Positions 60,067 through 64,000 of a DNA stretch of 64,000 nucleotides are shown here, in pieces; positions within the stretch are counted from its first letter, which is position 1; every line of letters begins with the position of its first letter. A program made the position numbers and the translations under genes. This DNA comes from Candidatus Binatia bacterium (GTDB lineage Bacteria > Desulfobacterota > Binatia > Bin18). The stretch lies in the NCBI GenBank assembly GCA_963664395.2, contig OY761159.2:4320001-4384000 (forward strand). The letters run 5' to 3'. The notes beneath the pieces were generated by a model. The model saw nothing but the letters and a program-made list of their open reading frames with translations, made no database searches and was not told where the DNA came from.

Positions 60067-60903
60067 TTAGGCGTGCTCTCCATGATATTCAAAGAAATTC
60101 TTCGGGGTTTCCCATAAACCAATACGCAATAGATGTGCGTCCAGGCGCGGTCTGAGCAGGTTCCAAATAACGTGAACAATGTTTTCTCCCGTGGGGTTCA
60201 GACTGCGAAATTCTTCTGTGTCACGATTGAGATGTGTATGATCAAAACGCTCGATCACTTCTTCTTGCACAACCTGCATAAGCTCGACCAAGTCAAAAAC
60301 CATACCGGTCTGCGGGTCGATAGAGCCCGTGACGGTCACTTCCAGTTCGTAATTATGCCCATGCCCATGCAGATTATTACACTTGCCAAAGATTTCTCTG
60401 TTCTGCTCGTCGGATAAGTGCGGACTATGGAGACGGTGAGCGGCGCTAAAGCTGAACGATTTTGTGAGTGCGGCCATAGTCTTTCCCTCTCCGCCCGACA
60501 CATCGGACCAGAGTGTTGGTTCTTCATACAGGCGAACGCGCAAGAGCTGGGCTGCAATCTGCTCCGCACGCAGGCGGTCTTCAAGATAGTCTCGCATATA
60601 GGCGGCGAGGTTTTCCGTCGTAGGAATGCGACGGCTAAAGGCCGGATGGTCGAGATTAATGAATTTATGGTCAAACTGGCTGGTGACCTCTTTGAGTAAG
60701 CGATCGAGTTCCTTGATATTAATCACCATCCCGGTTTGCGGGTCGCTCTCTCCGTGAACGGTCACACGCAAGACATAATTATGCCCATGGCCGTACGGAC
60801 TGACGCATTTGCCAAAGGTCCGATAATTTTTTTCCTCTGAAAAATCGGGATTCCAATAGCGGTGAGACGCCTCAAATTCAACAAAGCGGGTGAGATGATA
60901 CAT
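60067..60903 (-). CDS. Tandem-domain 6-pyruvoyl tetrahydropterin synthase (QueD/PTPS family)
   Basis: Two domains with CVSPYGHGHNY and CNNLHGHGHNY, DH..N.D, PT.EN. Confidence 0.9.
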   Translation of the reverse strand: MYHLTRFVEFEASHRYWNPDFSEEKNYRTFGKCVSPYGHGHNYVLRVTVHGESDPQTGMVINIKELDRLLKEVTSQFDHKFINLDHPAFSRRIPTTENLAAYMRDYLEDRLRAEQIAAQLLRVRLYEEPTLWSDVSGGEGKTMAALTKSFSFSAAHRLHSPHLSDEQNREIFGKCNNLHGHGHNYELEVTVTGSIDPQTGMVFDLVELMQVVQEEVIERFDHTHLNRDTEEFRSLNPTGENIVHVIWNLLRPRLDAHLLRIGLWETPKNFFEYHGEHA

Positions 60904-61044
60904 GGCTGCCTCAGTAGGGTGATCTCCCTGAGGATGCAGTAATAGCCATAGGGGGTCAAGTAGGATAATCGCGCCGCTCGACGTGGCAAAATCCGGGGGG
61001 CGGACGTTGCACCAGGACCGCTCGGAAATGTCCGCCCTGTGCAG

Positions 61045-62328
61045 TTAGGCTCGACAGGTCAGGAGGGCGATCTCGCGTGGAGTGAAAAGACGGATACGCT
61101 GACCTGTGACGCCCAGGCCTCGATTTACATACAGAAAACAATCCTCAAGGCTATACTGACCACGCGGAAAGCGGGTAATAAAGCGGGCCAAATTGAACTG
61201 ATGCGACTGGAACGGCAATGCAAATTGACCGCCATGGGTATGGCCGGACAGGGTGAGATCAATACCGAGACTGGCCGCCGCGGGGAAGATGTCGGGACGG
61301 TGCGACAATAAAATAGTGGGCTCCTGGCTCGGGAGGTCTGCTCTGAGGTGGGTGAGGGTGGTATCCGCGTCGAGTCCTCTGGCCCAATCCTTCCCGCGGT
61401 CGTCCAGACCGATGAGATGGAGTGTCGTGCCGGCAATAGCAAGACGGACGACTTGGTCCCGCAGCAGCGTAATATGGGTATAGTCCGTGAGGCCGGCCGC
61501 AACAGCTTGCGCTCCCGCATATCCATCATGGTTGCCAAGGCAGGCAAAGACTCCGTGCCGGGCATGGAGCGCGTTCAGATACGGGAAGAAGTCCGGGATA
61601 TACGCAGGATTGGAATCGAGTATATCGCCGGTCAGGAGAATGAGGTCTGGCCGGAGTTCATTGACCCGCTGCACATAGGTTTCGAGTTCCTGGGCGGTGA
61701 GATTCGTCCCGATATGGAGATCACTGATATGTGCGATTGTGAGATGAGGACTTGTGGCTGGCCAATGGGCAAGGGGGAATTCTATCCTGGATACGCGGAG
61801 CTGGCGCTGGCCGCCAAGGTAGCCATAGATGAAAAGGCCGGTAATGAGCACGAGGCTCACACCGGTAAAGAGTTGAAAGCCCTGTGTCAGCACGGGCTGC
61901 ACCGACAGGTGCAGTTCTGCAAAGGGGAGGAAGAAGCCGCATACGGTGACGAGGAAAGAGAGCAGGGCCCAGAGCACTCCACATAATACGAGAAAAACGA
62001 AGCAAAAGGCGGCGATAAAAGCCGAGGCAAAATAAATCCGGAGAGGTAAACGGAGGGCTGTGGGCAGGGTGGGCAGGCGTCGAGAGAAGCGCAGGAGAAA
62101 GAGATTCAAGCAAAAAAGGATCGGCGGGGTAGCGATGGACGTGATCACTGAAGGGGGAGAGTAAATCGGCAGAAAAACGCTCAAAAACCACACGGGCACG
62201 ATCCATTGAGACAGGCTGATGGTCATCAAGAGGAGGGTGAAGAAGTGAGCGAAAAAGAAGCGCGAGATCCAATGTGGGGCTCTCGGCGATGGTTGGTGCT
62301 GTGTAGTTTCAGTCTGATCAGTTGACAC
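61045..62328 (-). CDS. Membrane metallophosphoesterase (YkuE-like)
   Basis: SDLH, TGD, GNHD, LSHRP, SGHTHGGQ; N-terminal TM helices. Confidence 0.92.
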   Translation of the reverse strand: MSTDQTETTQHQPSPRAPHWISRFFFAHFFTLLLMTISLSQWIVPVWFLSVFLPIYSPPSVITSIATPPILFCLNLFLLRFSRRLPTLPTALRLPLRIYFASAFIAAFCFVFLVLCGVLWALLSFLVTVCGFFLPFAELHLSVQPVLTQGFQLFTGVSLVLITGLFIYGYLGGQRQLRVSRIEFPLAHWPATSPHLTIAHISDLHIGTNLTAQELETYVQRVNELRPDLILLTGDILDSNPAYIPDFFPYLNALHARHGVFACLGNHDGYAGAQAVAAGLTDYTHITLLRDQVVRLAIAGTTLHLIGLDDRGKDWARGLDADTTLTHLRADLPSQEPTILLSHRPDIFPAAASLGIDLTLSGHTHGGQFALPFQSHQFNLARFITRFPRGQYSLEDCFLYVNRGLGVTGQRIRLFTPREIALLTCRA

Positions 62329-62433
62329 AGTGATGGTCCGTGGGCTTTGAGAGAAGGAACTCCAGTACTGAAAGCTAGAGTGGAGCTAAGCCGAAGTAAA
62401 GCCGGGCAGACCCAGTAGCGTCAGTCGTAGTTA

Positions 62434-63186
62434 TTAGGCAATGGGGTCGGCTAAGGCTTGCAGGATACGCATCAGACGTTGGATCTCCTCGGGTTTAACA
62501 TCCTCAGGCAGTTCCACTATTGCCCGACGGCCGGTACCGAGTGGGATCTCTTGTCTACACAGGGAAGCGTCGGTCATAGAGCGAAAGGTGGGAGGCGGTG
62601 GTTGGGAGGGAAGGGGAGGTTCGAGAGCCAGCGATTTTTCAGCGGGGGCATGGGCGGCTTGAGGCGGAAGGGGAGAAGAGACGATTTGGGTACGAAGAAT
62701 ACCTAAGCCGGCGAAACGGGATGAGTCCAAGAATGCACGAGAAACGACTCCTGCGTTTTTTTTCGTAAATCTCTGTTTGATTATAAGCTGATTTGTAAGA
62801 TTCATGTCTGAAGGTAGCCCAGTCTGTTCATATTGGGACAGAAGTCGTTGAAAGACCGTCGGTCGCCCGAGAGCTTCACGCAGGGCACGACAACGCTCCG
62901 TCTCGCCCGAGGCATGTTCAATCCGGACGAAAAGATCGCTTACCCGGAGATCCTTCCCGATAGCTTCGAGTAGGCCGTACTGACGTAAGCTGCTGAGTTT
63001 TCTATTAAAAGGGCCAGATTGAGGGGCCAGTGTAATGTGTTCAGCAATAGATTCTCGACTGGTTGAGACCTGGTTTTCAATACGAAACACCTTCCGCGTA
63101 TCCTCAAGACAGTCCTGGAGGCTGTAGGAAGGAGCATTCGGACTTTTAGCCCGTGTGGTTTTTACCTGGAGTGGCAGACTATCCAT
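62434..63186 (-). CDS. Hypothetical protein with a winged-helix-like N-terminal domain
   Basis: P.YSL...L..., SG.F.RKLSSLRQYGLLE; RBS AGGAGG. Confidence 0.65.
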   Translation of the reverse strand: MDSLPLQVKTTRAKSPNAPSYSLQDCLEDTRKVFRIENQVSTSRESIAEHITLAPQSGPFNRKLSSLRQYGLLEAIGKDLRVSDLFVRIEHASGETERCRALREALGRPTVFQRLLSQYEQTGLPSDMNLTNQLIIKQRFTKKNAGVVSRAFLDSSRFAGLGILRTQIVSSPLPPQAAHAPAEKSLALEPPLPSQPPPPTFRSMTDASLCRQEIPLGTGRRAIVELPEDVKPEEIQRLMRILQALADPIA

Positions 63187-63207
63187 ACCTTACCTCCTAT
63201 AAAGCGG

Positions 63208-63237
63208 TTATCCACAGGAAACAAGAGATGTGGATAG
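63208..63237. promoter_or_regulatory. Pair of DnaA-box-like sites in opposite orientation
   Basis: TTATCCACA (63208-63216, perfect) and TGTGGATAG (63229-63237, one mismatch). Confidence 0.45.
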
Positions 63238-63760
63238 AGTAATATATTATTCGTAAAGTCATATTACTCACAAATAATGAGTAAACATTACTAAATAGAA
63301 GATATATTCAATACCAATGTTATGGAGCATCGGCATAGCCAGTTGAGTGCCGTATTACCTTGGGTAATGGATAGATTTGATGGTGTGAAGTCCGGTCCGC
63401 ATAAAAGGACCGGGACAAGAATAAATAGTAATATAAAGAGTAAACACTTCTTAGAATAATATACTATAGCTTGATACATTACTTTTTGATGGCTAAAAAT
63501 ATCATAGTAAATTTATTACTATAATTTGATGAAATAAACTTGAAAATATATATTTATTACTAATAGATCGATAATAGGAAGGGGATATTTCTTGACCCTC
63601 CGAGCGATAATTTTTATGCTTCCATACTGAGGAGAGGCTCGGTATAGAGGAAGAGGGTAGGATTGCGAGGCCGACACGAATTAGGTTGCGTCCAGTCGCC
63701 ATCAGCACCTATGGTGCTGATGGGGGCGAGACAACAAGGAGACCCACAAGTGGGGGCACT

Positions 63761-64000
63761 ATGACGAGTCAAAATCTCAGCAAAGGGGTGACAAAGAAGC
63801 GGCAGCCCAAGCCGGCGGAACATTCAAGTGGAAAGATCTCAATTGTTCTTGTCGACGACCATCCGATTTTTCTGTCCGGACTCCAGCAGTTGTTTCGAAA
63901 ACGGTCTGACTTTGAACTCCTTGGCGTAGCGGAAAATATCGCCGATCTTGAGAAGCTCCTCGAAAAGAAAAAGCCTCAGGTTATCCTTATGGATTTCGAG
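63761..64000 (+). CDS. Response regulator, NarL-like receiver (3'-truncated by window edge)
   Basis: KISIVLVDDHPIFLSGLQQLF...KPQVILMD. Confidence 0.85.
   Translation, partial: MTSQNLSKGVTKKRQPKPAEHSSGKISIVLVDDHPIFLSGLQQLFRKRSDFELLGVAENIADLEKLLEKKKPQVILMDFE

Overview
64 kb of a moderately GC-rich bacterial chromosome. The gene content suggests a Binatia/deltaproteobacteria-like, possibly host-associated organism, but this is inference only. The backbone carries hopanoid tailoring genes (hpnA, hpnB, hpnG), class II ribonucleotide reductase nrdJ with an NrdR box, a coxMS-L-L molybdo-hydroxylase cluster, gor, a Rieske oxygenase, a tungsten AOR cluster, CoA-acid catabolic genes, trmI, a VapBC pair and a tandem PTPS plus SDR. 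Two accessory zones stand out. (i) A two-gene cassette at 4431-6224 couples an ImmA/IrrE HExxH metallopeptidase to a viperin-like radical SAM enzyme; it is preceded by a perfect inverted repeat and a structured ncRNA candidate, and is the best candidate for an undescribed (defence) system. (ii) A ~12 kb island inserted in tRNA-Ser(TGA), bounded by a 20-bp att repeat (46161-46180 / 58396-58415), has no integrase and carries a DnaB-N/AAA replication protein, a 2 kb hairpin-rich non-coding zone, DUF3800, a type I R-M system and a NACHT NTPase. Many gene scars and frameshifts point to ongoing genome erosion. All family calls come from motif recognition by eye; no searches were run.
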